Numbered from the stretch's first letter, positions 19,898 through 32,021 are shown. The stretch is 64,000 bases of DNA from Microcoleus sp. (GCA_042408215.1 JAYFMW010000006.1:480001-544000); one strand, 5' to 3'. Numbers and translations: made by a program. Notes: generated by a model not told the origin, from the letters alone.

Positions 19898-22102
19898 TTA
19901 TGGTTGAATGAAAATACCGATCGCATTATGAACTCTCGCAGCCGTTGACAAAGGTCGATCGAGCAAACTCCCTCCCAAATACAAACTTGTCGAACTTCCC
20001 CCATCCAAGTTTAAAGCCTCCACAGCACCCATTTGCTGCAATATCTGCGCGAGTTCGGCGAAATTTGGCCCGGCCCCGCCCGCGCGATTGTGCACGGCTA
20101 CAATCAGCAAATTCCCCGCAGTATTTCGCCCGATCGCACTTCTAATCGCTGTCTGTCTAACATAGCCATCGCTAAACCCTTCCGCCTTCGCATCCAGCAC
20201 AACTTGACTGTTTTGGACTAACACCGGCCCGCCGCCTAAAATGTAAGGAAAACGGTTGAAATCCGCCGGAATTGTGTTAGTTTCTACGCGCAATAAAGTG
20301 CCCGGTGTCAGTTGAGGGGCGATCGACAAATCGGAACGCAATGCTAAAATATAACCGTTGGCTGGAACCGGAAAAGCTGTTTTTTCCGTCTCACCTGCGG
20401 GAGATTGGCTGATAACCCGCGCGGCGAAGCTATCCCGTAGAGAATCGCCTACAACAGTCACAACTATTTCATTGTCCGAAAACGGAGTATAAGTTGTTCC
20501 CCAATCGGGATTGTAGCGGCCGATTCCCGCTTCCACGTAGGCGCTATTGAGATGAGAAATAGGCCAACTTTGCCCCGTAGGAGTTATCATAGTTTCTTGC
20601 AAAGTCAAACGGGCGATCGCAAATTCGCCCCGATCGTTCCAGCCGATCGCCCCGCGATTCAAAATCGGCCCGGAAAGCCATTTATTGTCCCGCCGAATTG
20701 CTCCTAAAGCTAACCGATTTATCCGATTAAAAAAGCCGGCGTTAATCGCCGCAGCTACTCCCGAAAGTTCGGCTGTTTGTAATAGAGGTGCAGTGCCTTT
20801 GTCTGTCGGCGGATTGCTGAGAAGTGGTCGAATTTTTACTCCGGCTTGGCGCGGATTCACTTCTAACCAAACTACTGGAAAACGCGCTGTTCCTAAGTTT
20901 TGATACTGTTGCCGCCACCGGACTCCCTCGGCCCAAAGAATGTCTTTTTCTACTAAGGAATCTGGCCGAATATCAATCACTAATCTATTGGGATTTCCCA
21001 GGCTGAAAACTTGCGGTCGCCAACCTAAAGGTATTGTTACTTTGACTCTGGTTTGAGTGTCGGTTGGTTCGATTTTTAGTGATAGTAATTGTTGGCTGGT
21101 TTGAAAAGTGCCCTGAATTAAGGCGGGTGCGATTTTGGCATCGATCGCGATCGACCATTCTTGACCGATTATTGGCTGTAAGGGCGCTATCGGGAGCGGG
21201 AGGGCGGGTTTGGTCGGGTCGTCTGGTGTTTCGAGGTTTGGCGCTGTGGGGGTTCTCGCCTGCGAAATAGTGGGCTTTGTGGGGTCGTCTGGGGTGTCTC
21301 TGGGTGCGGGTGTGGGCGATCGGCTCGGTGTATCGACAATGTTAACTTGCCACGGGGCGGCGCGATCGAGGTCTACAACTATGCGATCGCCCCATTCTCT
21401 CTCTGCTTGCTGAATTCCAGTCACATTTGCCACGGGAGATGTGATTCTCAGAACATTACCATCGGCTGATATCTGCCAACCCGCAAGTCTGGCAAAATCC
21501 GTGACATCTAAGTAACGATACTGACCTGTCGCTCGCGCTGGTATACTTTGAGCTTCTGTTAAAGATAGGTCAAACCACTGTAGCGGTTGTTTGGTGCTGT
21601 CGGCGGTGTTGAGCAAATCGACTCCGGCAGATTGCATTAAGCCAATGTCGGCAATCCAAGTTCGGATGTTGGCAGAATTGCTGTTTGTTGGCTGTTGAGT
21701 CCAAGCAGCGGGAAGGATGCGATCGTTTAAAGATACTTGGCGACCTTGTTTGATTGTGGAAGAGGGCGGTAGGGATTGAGTCATATCAATTCCGGTTGTA
21801 CCGGAATGATAGGTCGGACACGGCAGTGCCGTTTCCCTACCCCGATTAATTGTAGGGACACGGCACTGCCGTGTCCTGACTGTGGGTAACATTAATTCCG
21901 ATGCTACCGGATTTGATCTCAAAAAGTTATAGTCCGCCAGGGAATGAATTCCCTGGTGGGCTGTGGAAGCATCCATCAGTCTAGCCCTCTCACTCTCTGC
22001 TTTCCCCGCAAGATTCGAGACTAAACATAGTGCGATCGCCAGTATGGGCGAAATCGAGACTCTACTGTGCATTTTTTTTACTGAGTGCCAACTTAAAACC
22101 AT
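19898..22102 (-). CDS. Phosphodiester glycosidase family protein (NAGPA/DUF2233) with AMIN-like region
   Basis: AAINAGFF, LGGGPVLV, RSAIG and ALNLDGGSST motifs; N-terminal signal peptide. Start may be 22072. Confidence 0.85.
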   Translation of the reverse strand: MVLSWHSVKKMHSRVSISPILAIALCLVSNLAGKAESERARLMDASTAHQGIHSLADYNFLRSNPVASELMLPTVRTRQCRVPTINRGRETALPCPTYHSGTTGIDMTQSLPPSSTIKQGRQVSLNDRILPAAWTQQPTNSNSANIRTWIADIGLMQSAGVDLLNTADSTKQPLQWFDLSLTEAQSIPARATGQYRYLDVTDFARLAGWQISADGNVLRITSPVANVTGIQQAEREWGDRIVVDLDRAAPWQVNIVDTPSRSPTPAPRDTPDDPTKPTISQARTPTAPNLETPDDPTKPALPLPIAPLQPIIGQEWSIAIDAKIAPALIQGTFQTSQQLLSLKIEPTDTQTRVKVTIPLGWRPQVFSLGNPNRLVIDIRPDSLVEKDILWAEGVRWRQQYQNLGTARFPVVWLEVNPRQAGVKIRPLLSNPPTDKGTAPLLQTAELSGVAAAINAGFFNRINRLALGAIRRDNKWLSGPILNRGAIGWNDRGEFAIARLTLQETMITPTGQSWPISHLNSAYVEAGIGRYNPDWGTTYTPFSDNEIVVTVVGDSLRDSFAARVISQSPAGETEKTAFPVPANGYILALRSDLSIAPQLTPGTLLRVETNTIPADFNRFPYILGGGPVLVQNSQVVLDAKAEGFSDGYVRQTAIRSAIGRNTAGNLLIVAVHNRAGGAGPNFAELAQILQQMGAVEALNLDGGSSTSLYLGGSLLDRPLSTAARVHNAIGIFIQP
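21784..21918. mobile_element. 135-bp TATC-family MITE carrying a REP doublet, in frame inside the glycosidase gene; TCA duplication
   Basis: TCA|TATCAATTCCGGTTGTACCGGAAT...ATTCCGATGCTACCGGATTTGATC|TCA; 135+3=138 nt (46 codons). Confidence 0.85.
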
Positions 22103-22569
22103 TAACCGTCAAAAACGCCATACAGCACAATGGTGAAAATTTCTAATTTTATCGATCAACTTCATTTCCTTGGCTGTGTAGTTGGCTGTAGTTAGCTGCA
22201 TAATATTAAGGCAGGGTTTCATTGGTTGTGCAGCGCTGCAAGACCGATGGAGGGGACTCAGTAAAAAAAACACAAAACTCGATCGCCTGCAATTTACCTG
22301 GTTGCAAGGCAGCGATTTTCCTGAGAATAACTGTGTTTTTTAACAGCAGTGTATTCTTTGACACATCTCGGAGGCGATTCGATCGAGATAATTAAGCATC
22401 TGCAAACAGAGTTTCAGAGCTAGGTACTGGCAGCATCAATGTAAATTTTTATCAAATCTGCTGGCTTTTTGCTGTTTGAAAGTTTACCAGATTCCCACAG
22501 ATGGGCGGCCTTCTGTTTTCAAGCTATAGCGAATCAACCACACAATCACCAAAATAGTATTCAATCAAC

Positions 22570-25500
22570 ATGGGCAACACGAGCGATCAAAATCAAAATC
22601 AGGGTCATCGAGGAATTCCTTATGCCGGTCAAAACTGGCTAATCGAAGAAAGAGACGCCTGCGGCGTTGGCTTTATTGCCAACCAAAACGGCAAAGCTAC
22701 TCACTCCTTAATTCAAAAAGCTTTACCAGCCTTAACTTGTCTGGAACATCGCGGCGGTTGCAGCGCTGACCAAGATTCCGGCGACGGCGCTGGTTTGATG
22801 ACGGCAATTCCTTGGGAATTGTTGGATTCTTGGTTTGCAGAACAGGGAATTGTGCCTCCCGCCCAGGAAAACTGCGGAGTCGGAATGCTGTTTCTGTCCA
22901 GGGATGAAAACCAAGCGGCGATCGCGCGGTATATGGTTGAGGAAATCCTGTTAGAACGCGGGCTGACACTGCTGGGATGGCGAAAAGTTCCCGTGGATGC
23001 GTCAGTTTTGGGCCCGCAAGCGCGAGAAAATCAACCTCAAATCGAACAAGTAATCGTTAGTTCACCGCAATTACAGGGCGACGAACTCGATCGCCAGTTA
23101 TTTCTGACTCGCCGCGCGATCGGACACGCATTATCCCATCGCCCCGACTTCACTCGCCAAGACTTTTACTCTTGCTCTTTTTCCAGCCGCACGATCGTCT
23201 ACAAAGGAATGCTGCGATCGGCCGTACTGGGAGAATTTTACCTCGACCTCAAAAATCCCGCCTACAAAAGCGCTTTTGCCGTATATCACCGGCGCTTCAG
23301 CACCAACACCATGCCCCGCTGGCACTTAGCTCAACCGATGCGCTTGCTGGGACACAACGGCGAAATCAACACGCTCTTGGGCAATATTACCTGGATGAGG
23401 GCGCGACAAGCCAATTTAGCTCACCCCAATTGGAGTCAAGCCGATCTCAACACGTTCAACCCAATTGTCAATTCTGACAGCAGCGATTCGGCCAACTTGG
23501 ACAATGTGATGGAGTTGTTGGTGCACTCCGGCCGTTCTCCCCTAGAATCCTTGACTATTCTGGTTCCTGAAGCTTACAAAAATCAGCCGGATTTGGCACC
23601 CTATCCCGAAATTGTCGATTTTTATGAGTATTACAGCGCCATTCAAGAACCTTGGGATGGCCCCGCATTGCTGGTATTTAGCGACGGGAAACAAGTAGGT
23701 GCTACTCTCGATCGCAACGGTTTACGCCCGGCCCGTTACTGCATTACTAAAGACGGTTTGGTAATTGTGGCTTCCGAAGCCGGTGTAGTCGATATCGACG
23801 AAGCCGATATCATCGAAAAAGGCCGTTTGGGGCCTGGACAAATGATCGCAGTCGATCTACAAAGTCACGAAATTCTCAAAAATTGGCAACTCAAACAGCG
23901 GATTGCGAAGCGACATCCCTACGGTGAATGGTTGCAAAAAAACCGCGAAACCTTGGAACCACAACCTTTTGCCGAAACCGCAACCCTCGACTCTCAAACG
24001 CTGTTAGCCAGTCAAATTGCTTTTGGCTACACCGCCGAAGATTTGGATATGGTAATCGTCGAGATGGCGAGTTCCGGGAAAGAACCGACTTTCTGCATGG
24101 GAGACGACATTCCCTTGGCTGTATTGTCCCAAAAGCCTCAGTTGCTGTACAACTATTTCAAACAGCGGTTTGCTCAAGTCACAAATCCGCCCATCGACCC
24201 CCTGCGCGAGGGGATGGTGATGTCTCTGACGGTGAATGTCGGGCTGCGGGGTAATTTATTGCAAGCAGTGCCGGAAAATGCCAAGCTACTGAAAATAGAT
24301 TCTCCTGTACTCAACGACGCTGAACTGTCTTTCTTGAAGGAACAAAAGTCTTTCCCCGCAGAGGTTCTATCAACGGTTTACAAAATTGATGGCGGCCCGG
24401 AAGGTCTTAAATCCGCAGTAGCTCAACTTTGTCAAAAAGCAGCCGATTCAGTGCGATCGGGCGCTAAGATTTTGATTCTGAGCGATCGACAAGAAAGCGA
24501 ATTTTCTGCTCCTGGTTTGAGTGCAGAATGCACTTATATTCCACCTTTCCTAGCAATTGGTGCCGTTCACCACCACTTGATCCAGGAAGGGCTGCGGATG
24601 CAAACTTCCCTAATTGTCGATACCGCCCAGTGTTGGAGCACTCACCACTTTGCTTGTTTAATCGGTTACGGTGCGGCTGCTGTTTGCCCCTATTTGGCCT
24701 TTGAGAGCGTGCGCGGCTGGTGGGCTGACAGCAAGACTCAAAACTTGATGAAACATGGCAAAGTTCCCAATATTACGGTGACGGCGGCTCAAGCTCAATA
24801 CCGCAAAGCGGTGGAAAATGGGCTGTTGAAGATTATGTCAAAAATGGGGATTTCCCTGTTGTCCAGCTATCAAGCGGCCCAAATCTTTGAGGCGATCGGG
24901 ATTGGCGGCGATCTGCTAGATTTGGGCTTCAAAGGAACTGTGTCTCGGATTGGCGGTTTGACTGTGGCGGAACTAGCCCAGGAAGTGATGTCCTTCCACT
25001 CTCAGGCTTTCCCGGAATTGAACGCTAAGAAGCTGGAAAATTACGGCTTTGTTCAATATCGGCGCGGTGGCGAATATCACATGAACAGCCCGGAAATGGC
25101 CAAGGCTTTACACAAGGCTGTGACTAGCTTTAAGCTGCAAACTAATGGTAACGGCAAAAATGCCGAACCAGAAATGACACCAATTGGTGACAAAAATTCC
25201 GAAACGGCTTACGATCACTACGAGGTTTACAAGCAACAGCTTGAAACTCGCCCGGTGACTGCTTTACGGGATTTACTGGATTTTGCGAGCGATCGCCCTT
25301 CGATTCCCATTGAAGAAGTAGAATCTGTAGCAGATGTTGTCAAGCGGTTCGCCACTGGCGGAATGTCCCTCGGTGCTCTATCCCCCGAAGCCCACGAAAC
25401 TTTGGCGATCGCGATGAACCGCATCGGCGGCAAATCCAACTCCGGCGAAGGCGGCGAAGACCCGAAACGATACAATGTGCTAAACGATGTGAGTGAGGCT

Positions 25501-27285
25501 GGCTTCTCACAAACTCTACCTCACTTGAAGGGTTTGCAAAACGGCGATACCGCATCGAGTGCCATCAAACAGGTAGCTTCAGGGCGTTTCGGCGTGACTC
25601 CAGAGTACCTGATGAGCGCCCAACAAATTGAAATCAAAGTGGCCCAAGGTGCGAAACCGGGAGAAGGTGGCCAATTACCAGGGCCGAAAGTGAGCGAGTA
25701 CATTGCTTACTTGCGCCGATCGAAACCGGGTGTCACACTGATTTCGCCACCTCCTCACCACGACATTTATTCGATCGAGGATTTGGCCCAGTTGATTTTT
25801 GACTTGCATCAAATCAATCCCAAAGCGGGAGTTTCCGTCAAGTTGGTATCCGAAGTCGGTATCGGTACTGTCGCCGCCGGTGTTGCGAAGGCCAATGCTG
25901 ATGTGATTCAAATTTCCGGCCACGACGGCGGCACCGGCGCATCTCCACTTAGTTCGATTAAGCACGCAGGTTCTCCGTGGGAACTCGGATTGACAGAAGT
26001 TCACCGGGTATTGATGGAAAACAAATTGCGCGATCGAGTTTTACTCCGCGTTGACGGTGGCTTCAAAACAGGCTGGGACGTGATTGTAGGCGCTTTGATG
26101 GGAGCCGAAGAGTACGGGTTTGGCACCGTGGCGATGATTGCAGAAGGCTGCATTATGGCCCGCGTTTGCCACATGAATACTTGTCCTGTCGGTGTTACCA
26201 CGCAGAAGGAAGAGTTGCGGAAGCGTTTCCCTGGTACACCGGAACACGTAGTCAATTTCTTCTACTTCGTCGCCCAAGAAGTGCGGAGTTTGTTGGCAAA
26301 ATTGGGTTACAAGTCGATCGCAGATATCATTGGGCGCGGCGATTTGCTGACAATGCGCGCAGGGGTAAAGTTGACCAAAACTCAAGAGATTAATTTGGAC
26401 TGTTTGACCAAGTTACCGGATACTAAGACCGATCGCTCTTTCTTGATCCACGGCGACGTACACACCAACGGGCCAGTGTTAGACGATGATTTGTTGGCGG
26501 ATGCTGAGATTCAAAGTGCGATCGCCAATCAAACCAGTGTTAGCAAGAGTGTAAAATTGGCGAATACCGATCGCACTGTAGGCGCAAGAATCAGTGGTGC
26601 GATCGCCAAGCAATACGGTAACACCGGTTTTACTGGACAAATTACCCTCAACTTTACAGGTACTGCGGGTCAAAGTTTCGGCGCATTCAACTTACCGGGG
26701 ATGACTTTGGTACTGGATGGCCAAGCCAATGATTACGTTGGTAAGGGAATGCACGGCGGCGAAATTGCGATCAAACCGCCGGTTGATGCGACTTATGATG
26801 CTTCCGAAAATGCGATCGTTGGTAACACTTGTTTGTACGGCGCGACAGGGGGAACTCTGTTGGCGGCGGGTAAAGCGGGCGAACGGTTTGCGGTTCGCAA
26901 CTCAATGGCGAAAGCAGTCATTGAGGGTGCGGGAGATCACTGCTGCGAGTACATGACTGGCGGCGCGATCGTCGTGTTAGGAAAAGTCGGCCGCAACGTC
27001 GGCGCTGGAATGACTGGCGGCTTGGGTTATTTCCTCGATGAAGATGGCAATTTCCCAGCTCACGTCAACGGGGAGATTGTCAAGATGCAGCGCGTTTGTA
27101 CGGCCGCTGGGGAAGCGCAATTGAAGGAGTTGATTGAGGCTCAGCGCGATCGGACGGGCAGCAAGAAAGCTGAGAAGATTTTAGCAAATTGGGCTGAATA
27201 TTTGCCGAAATTCTGGCAAGTTGTGCCGCCGAGTGAAGCAAATTCGCCGGAGGCTTCCGAACAAAAGATAGCTGTGGAAGTTTAA
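22570..27285 (+). CDS. glsF: Ferredoxin-dependent glutamate synthase (Fd-GOGAT)
   Basis: [39 protein letters not shown] and [15 protein letters not shown]; no adjacent gltD. Confidence 0.92.
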   Translation: MGNTSDQNQNQGHRGIPYAGQNWLIEERDACGVGFIANQNGKATHSLIQKALPALTCLEHRGGCSADQDSGDGAGLMTAIPWELLDSWFAEQGIVPPAQENCGVGMLFLSRDENQAAIARYMVEEILLERGLTLLGWRKVPVDASVLGPQARENQPQIEQVIVSSPQLQGDELDRQLFLTRRAIGHALSHRPDFTRQDFYSCSFSSRTIVYKGMLRSAVLGEFYLDLKNPAYKSAFAVYHRRFSTNTMPRWHLAQPMRLLGHNGEINTLLGNITWMRARQANLAHPNWSQADLNTFNPIVNSDSSDSANLDNVMELLVHSGRSPLESLTILVPEAYKNQPDLAPYPEIVDFYEYYSAIQEPWDGPALLVFSDGKQVGATLDRNGLRPARYCITKDGLVIVASEAGVVDIDEADIIEKGRLGPGQMIAVDLQSHEILKNWQLKQRIAKRHPYGEWLQKNRETLEPQPFAETATLDSQTLLASQIAFGYTAEDLDMVIVEMASSGKEPTFCMGDDIPLAVLSQKPQLLYNYFKQRFAQVTNPPIDPLREGMVMSLTVNVGLRGNLLQAVPENAKLLKIDSPVLNDAELSFLKEQKSFPAEVLSTVYKIDGGPEGLKSAVAQLCQKAADSVRSGAKILILSDRQESEFSAPGLSAECTYIPPFLAIGAVHHHLIQEGLRMQTSLIVDTAQCWSTHHFACLIGYGAAAVCPYLAFESVRGWWADSKTQNLMKHGKVPNITVTAAQAQYRKAVENGLLKIMSKMGISLLSSYQAAQIFEAIGIGGDLLDLGFKGTVSRIGGLTVAELAQEVMSFHSQAFPELNAKKLENYGFVQYRRGGEYHMNSPEMAKALHKAVTSFKLQTNGNGKNAEPEMTPIGDKNSETAYDHYEVYKQQLETRPVTALRDLLDFASDRPSIPIEEVESVADVVKRFATGGMSLGALSPEAHETLAIAMNRIGGKSNSGEGGEDPKRYNVLNDVSEAGFSQTLPHLKGLQNGDTASSAIKQVASGRFGVTPEYLMSAQQIEIKVAQGAKPGEGGQLPGPKVSEYIAYLRRSKPGVTLISPPPHHDIYSIEDLAQLIFDLHQINPKAGVSVKLVSEVGIGTVAAGVAKANADVIQISGHDGGTGASPLSSIKHAGSPWELGLTEVHRVLMENKLRDRVLLRVDGGFKTGWDVIVGALMGAEEYGFGTVAMIAEGCIMARVCHMNTCPVGVTTQKEELRKRFPGTPEHVVNFFYFVAQEVRSLLAKLGYKSIADIIGRGDLLTMRAGVKLTKTQEINLDCLTKLPDTKTDRSFLIHGDVHTNGPVLDDDLLADAEIQSAIANQTSVSKSVKLANTDRTVGARISGAIAKQYGNTGFTGQITLNFTGTAGQSFGAFNLPGMTLVLDGQANDYVGKGMHGGEIAIKPPVDATYDASENAIVGNTCLYGATGGTLLAAGKAGERFAVRNSMAKAVIEGAGDHCCEYMTGGAIVVLGKVGRNVGAGMTGGLGYFLDEDGNFPAHVNGEIVKMQRVCTAAGEAQLKELIEAQRDRTGSKKAEKILANWAEYLPKFWQVVPPSEANSPEASEQKIAVEV

Positions 27286-27395
27286 TTTTGTAGCTGGTCA
27301 CTGAGCGTAGTCGAAGTGTCGGTTTTATGACCGCATTTCGACCCATCGACGATGAGGGGCGACGCGAGTTTTGCCCCTTTTTTTGACTCTAGTTA

Positions 27396-27480
27396 TATCA
27401 AATCCGGTAGCATCGAAATTATTCATCTCTCTCTTCCCTTCCTCTGCGTCCTCTGCGCCCTCTGCGGTTTAATAATTCCG
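27396..27480. mobile_element. Truncated TATC-family MITE (CTCTGCG cargo)
   Basis: Matches 18707-18809, right end degraded. A further degenerate copy lies at 35580-35684. Confidence 0.7.
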
Positions 27481-27518
27481 AAACATCGGCTTTCCTCTTT
27501 TAACCGTTGTTTTATTAA

Positions 27519-27917
27519 TCACCAGATAACAGAAATTACACCGGAAGCGGTAATATTTCCATCACAGGTCAATAGCGCAACTGTTTCACCTTGATTTTGC
27601 AAAATCATTGCAGTTGCTACAATTTGACGATCGTGCATTTCATGGATGCTCAATAAGCTGAGCGTTTGATTGATGATGGTTCTATCGAGTGGATAAACTG
27701 CGATCCTGGAATCGCTATTAATCGCATTGAACAACGCATTCACAGATGGAATTGATGTTTTTCCTCGTTCTACAATCCATGCAGCTTCAGCCAAGGCGAT
27801 CGCAGGTAGAACAAGCTGACTGGTCAAATTGGAGAGAATTGCTTGGGCTTGAGTCCCCAATCTTTGATTTCCTTCGAGAAACCAGATCAGCGCGTGGGTA
27901 TCGATTACATATTTCAT
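27519..27917 (-). CDS. PIN-domain VapC-like toxin
   Basis: YVIDTHALIW, AE, HDRQIVATA and LLTCD acidic PIN motifs. Confidence 0.88.
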   Translation of the reverse strand: MKYVIDTHALIWFLEGNQRLGTQAQAILSNLTSQLVLPAIALAEAAWIVERGKTSIPSVNALFNAINSDSRIAVYPLDRTIINQTLSLLSIHEMHDRQIVATAMILQNQGETVALLTCDGNITASGVISVIW

Positions 27918-27923
27918 CAGCAG

Positions 27924-28157
27924 CTATGACCAATCTAATTCATCGTCTGTATCTCCTTGAAACTGGGCAATCTCGAAATCGTCTGCGGTGGATTGTTGAG
28001 TACCAGCAAACATTCCAAACTGGATAAATATAGGCGTTCGAGGAATGGATGGCGCAGCCAAAAAAGTAATCACCACGCGGCTTTCATAAATGTTTTCAGG
28101 AAATTCTAAAAGTTCGATAACTCCATTTCTGTAAATTCCTTCAAATGCTTGGAGCAT
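27924..28157 (-). CDS. Putative antitoxin (DUF104-like)
   Basis: 77 aa, FEGIYRNGVIEL N-terminus, acidic C-terminus, 6 bp upstream of the PIN gene. Confidence 0.7.
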   Translation of the reverse strand: MLQAFEGIYRNGVIELLEFPENIYESRVVITFLAAPSIPRTPIFIQFGMFAGTQQSTADDFEIAQFQGDTDDELDWS

Positions 28158-28280
28158 AATGATTCACCTCGCGTACAAAGTATGGTCTATCGACTCACTA
28201 GCTAACAATCCCAGTCTAACAAATCTTCCCCCAAAAACACAAATCTTTGATATAATAGTTTCAGCCAATATAACATTAGA

Positions 28281-31200
28281 TCAAATCTGTCTCGCGATCG
28301 GCATTCGCGGCGGCGCTGTTTTCCACATCAAATCTATCTCTTCCGGTGTCAATCCATAAGCTTGATTAACTAAATCGGATAAACGGTGTTCGAGTCTCAA
28401 CGCTTCAGCCTTGCGAGATTGAATCGGTGGTGCATACTCATTATAAGTTTCGCGGACAGCTTTTAGTCCCGCAACGCCGAGAGGATCGGAGGATTTAGTT
28501 TTCGGCATTCGCTTTCTAATTTCTTCTACAAACTCCTGAAAGGAAAGACTAGAAAAGTCTTCTATTTTTTGTCCGAGTTTCTCTATTTTATAAGTAAGTT
28601 GCAACCATTGCAGGACATCTTGATGAGTTGCTTGATTAATTTTGGTAATTTCAATTAAACGGCTGACAATGGGTTCGACTTCGGCACGAATTTGGTCAGT
28701 TGGCGGTGCGATCGGGAAATCAACAATTAAATCGCTGCGAGGAGTAACAGCATCTCCTATCATTTTAGGGAATAATTGATGAGCAATCCACCATCCAATA
28801 GGGGAATTTAAACAGCCACAAGTATATAATTTAAAATGCGGTAGAAAGAATACTTTATTGTTTATAAAATAACCATCAAAGTCTGCGGCATAAGCGGGAA
28901 AAGTGTTGATTTCCTGATAAACAATTTTCGGGTCTTCAAAAGTGCTGTAGTAAGCACAGCTACGCATTTCCCACCAATAACGCCCTTTGTCGGAACGCTT
29001 AGACAGTTTTTCTTGCATCGGCTTCATATACTTATATACCGATGGAAAAGTTTGTGCAAATACTTCCTCTGCTTTATCGTTTGCTGTACTCCACGGCCAA
29101 ACACTATCGCTATCACTGCTAGATTTCAGCAAAATAATCCATAAATTAGCCCACTCAGGACTCCAGCGTTTAATATCTTGACCTCGCAAATAAGGCTTGA
29201 TGATTTCAGCAGATTTAGGGTCAGCTTGAACCAGACTATTTTTAGTAGCTTCATCAATAAAAAAAGCTTCATTAAATCCTGTTTTTATACCATATAAAGG
29301 CTTAACACCCGCAAAATCTTTGAGCGGAACTCCCACTTGTTTAATTTTTTGCATCAAGTCATCCACAGCCGGAGGTTCCAGACTCCAAGCATCAGCCGTA
29401 AAACGCGATCTCGAAATTTGATAACCGTGTTCTTGAACGTATTGTATAAGGTTGATATTAGCAAGTTCCTCACGCGGAACCGGACAAACAATCACAGACG
29501 AATTAGGTTCAGATTTACCTTGCTCAATCTCGCTTTCTGTTTCAGAGATGGATGGAGATAGGTTAGGTTTTCTGACTGCGATAATACAGGGAAAAGTATC
29601 AGCATCCTCAAAAATTGGGGCGTGTCCGAAATCAATAATTTGCTCTAGTAAACCTTGACAAGCAAAAAACCTACGAAGTGGTTCGCCATATCCCGATCGC
29701 AGCCATTTATTCGTGACAATATAGGAAAGTAAGCCACCCGGTTTGAGAATCCTTAACCCGATTTCATAAAAGTAAGTATAAAGGTCAGCTACACCGTCAT
29801 AGGATTCATAATTAGCTTTTAAATAAGGCTTAATTGGTGACAGCAACTCCTGTCGAACGTAAGGCGGATTTCCGATCGCAACATCAAAACCGCCATCAGC
29901 AAAAATATCGGGAAACTCCGCTTCCCAATTAAACGCTCGCTCTACTAAACTAGAGTCAGCGACAATCGAATTACCCACCTTAATATTATCATCCAAATAA
30001 GTCAGAGTTTTACCCGGTTCGGCCGTCTTCAACCACAGCGAAAGCTTGGTAATTTCTACCGACTCCGACAGCAAATCTACACCGTAAAGATTGTTACTTA
30101 AAATGCTTCTGTCAAACTCAAGCAATTTGCCATCATTTAGCATACATCCCAAAGCATTCAATTCTCGATCTACTCGTTCATACTGCTGCATCAAATAATC
30201 AAAAGCCGCAATCAAAAAAGCTCCCGAACCGCAAGCCGGATCGATCACCCGCGTTTTTTGCAACACCTCATCTCGATAAGTTTCCCAAAACTTAATTGAT
30301 ATTTTCTTTTGCTGTTGATTTGACGCTGACAAAACTTCATCTATGCGGAAAAAATGCCGCAATTCTTGCTCTCGCCGATTCAAATAGCCGCCCAGAGAAA
30401 CCTCAACGATATACTGAGTAATAAAAGCAGGCGTGTAAAACACCCCTTGAGTTTTTCGCTTACCCTTTTTCTGATTGTATTCCTGTCCGGCAGTTTCAGC
30501 ATTTAACTCTTCCAAATCCGTAACAGACTGCTCGAAAATATGCCCTAAAATCTTGACAGAAACTTCCGTATCAAAATCAAATCTAGTCAACTGATTAAGC
30601 TGACTGCACAGCAGATTTGGCACAGTCAATTGTGCATCTAAAATCGAATCGAATTTAAATAAACCGCCATTGTATCCCGGTACAGGCGGGTCATCATTTC
30701 CCACATCAACCCAGCGAAATACTGCTAGATAATTTTCCCAAATCGTTCGCGGATTGTAAATGTCTTGGCTATCGTGAGCGTTGTTAATAGTTTTGGCTGG
30801 CAGCAATCCTTTGTCTTCACAAAAAGCAATGAATAATATGCGGTCTAAAGTTTTTTGAGCTTTTTCAATTAACACTCTGTCTCGGTTGGGGATATCCTGC
30901 GGCCCAGCAAACCGAAAATGCTTGACGAGAGCGAGTCGAATTGCTTTATATTCTTGATAGAGTCGATTGGTAATTTCTTCTTGAGCGACTTCAGAATCTT
31001 TTAACAACCTGTCAATGGCAGAAATCGCTGCGGGTTTGTTCTGTGGTGGCAAAAAGTTGCTGCGACACAGCAGGAAGTAAAACCGTTTAAATGCTTCTAA
31101 ATCTACCAGTTCTGTAAGTAAAAAGCTTTCGTAATATGCGGGAGTTTTGTTAGTTTGATAAAGTCGCAATTCTCGATAATTAGAAACAATAATCCAACGA

Positions 31201-31691
31201 CAATCTGGTGTATAATTAGCATAGCGCCAACCTTGGTCAACTGCTGACTCAGTTCGACCGGGTGCGGGCCGATCTAAATCGTTTTTCGCCCCTTTGAGTT
31301 CAATGGGAGCAATTACTTTGCCTTGCAGTTTAACTTTGCCTTTAGCATTTTCAGTAGCAGTAAAAAAGCCGATCGCCCCGTCAGCAGCACCGCCGCCATC
31401 TGATATAGTTTGCTCTGCGTGAATTTCCCAGGATTTACCCGCACCTTGAATCACCGATCGATATCCCAAAACATCCTGAAAAATGTCATTGAGAAAACTA
31501 CCATGCAGCGAAACTTCTTTCACCTCATCTAAAGTCCCCGTTTGCAGTGCAGCAATCCACATTGCCAGTTTTTGATGGCGTGCTTCCATATCTTGCGGAA
31601 AGCTAAATGCACGCAGGGCTATGTTGAGAGTTTTGGTATGAAAAAGGTTGCGAGTAGAGCGATTTGTCATCTTTTCAAGCAGATTAATCAA
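28281..31691 (-). CDS. Type IIG restriction-modification enzyme (Eco57I-like fused nuclease/N6-MTase/TRD)
   Basis: AD..IELK..Q..Y nuclease motif, GVFYTP, DPACGSGAF, IGNPPYVR and a TaqI_C-like region. Start may be 31670. Confidence 0.88.
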   Translation of the reverse strand: MINLLEKMTNRSTRNLFHTKTLNIALRAFSFPQDMEARHQKLAMWIAALQTGTLDEVKEVSLHGSFLNDIFQDVLGYRSVIQGAGKSWEIHAEQTISDGGGAADGAIGFFTATENAKGKVKLQGKVIAPIELKGAKNDLDRPAPGRTESAVDQGWRYANYTPDCRWIIVSNYRELRLYQTNKTPAYYESFLLTELVDLEAFKRFYFLLCRSNFLPPQNKPAAISAIDRLLKDSEVAQEEITNRLYQEYKAIRLALVKHFRFAGPQDIPNRDRVLIEKAQKTLDRILFIAFCEDKGLLPAKTINNAHDSQDIYNPRTIWENYLAVFRWVDVGNDDPPVPGYNGGLFKFDSILDAQLTVPNLLCSQLNQLTRFDFDTEVSVKILGHIFEQSVTDLEELNAETAGQEYNQKKGKRKTQGVFYTPAFITQYIVEVSLGGYLNRREQELRHFFRIDEVLSASNQQQKKISIKFWETYRDEVLQKTRVIDPACGSGAFLIAAFDYLMQQYERVDRELNALGCMLNDGKLLEFDRSILSNNLYGVDLLSESVEITKLSLWLKTAEPGKTLTYLDDNIKVGNSIVADSSLVERAFNWEAEFPDIFADGGFDVAIGNPPYVRQELLSPIKPYLKANYESYDGVADLYTYFYEIGLRILKPGGLLSYIVTNKWLRSGYGEPLRRFFACQGLLEQIIDFGHAPIFEDADTFPCIIAVRKPNLSPSISETESEIEQGKSEPNSSVIVCPVPREELANINLIQYVQEHGYQISRSRFTADAWSLEPPAVDDLMQKIKQVGVPLKDFAGVKPLYGIKTGFNEAFFIDEATKNSLVQADPKSAEIIKPYLRGQDIKRWSPEWANLWIILLKSSSDSDSVWPWSTANDKAEEVFAQTFPSVYKYMKPMQEKLSKRSDKGRYWWEMRSCAYYSTFEDPKIVYQEINTFPAYAADFDGYFINNKVFFLPHFKLYTCGCLNSPIGWWIAHQLFPKMIGDAVTPRSDLIVDFPIAPPTDQIRAEVEPIVSRLIEITKINQATHQDVLQWLQLTYKIEKLGQKIEDFSSLSFQEFVEEIRKRMPKTKSSDPLGVAGLKAVRETYNEYAPPIQSRKAEALRLEHRLSDLVNQAYGLTPEEIDLMWKTAPPRMPIARQI

Positions 31692-32021
31692 GTTAATTTT
31701 ACAGCATCCAAGTGCAACAGCGACCCAGACCTTCTGCTATCAAATCAGTTATACTCACAGAGCGATCGCGCCCTTCCCCCTCAAAACAGGCGCGAAGCTT
31801 GCCCTAAGCATCGCCCATTTCGAGGTCAAAACCGCCTCTCAAAAGCTGAGCTAGCTCTCATCTACTTTGCATATCGTAATTATTAAGAAAATCTATCATT
31901 TTTTCTCCTAGGTTTTCGCTGCTCCCCGTGCGTTCAACAGCAATACTTAAATAGCTATGAGCTTATCTGCACTGAGCGAAAAGTTTTGTTACAATAGGTG
32001 GGCTGTTACAAAACGTAACTT

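Noticed and set aside
22110..22569. NtcA site upstream of glsF
   Set aside because: No clean GTA-N8-TAC found by eye.
25140..25200. TGACACCAATTGGTGACA in a variable glsF loop resembling joined MITE ends
   Set aside because: Match is short and could be chance; no target duplication.
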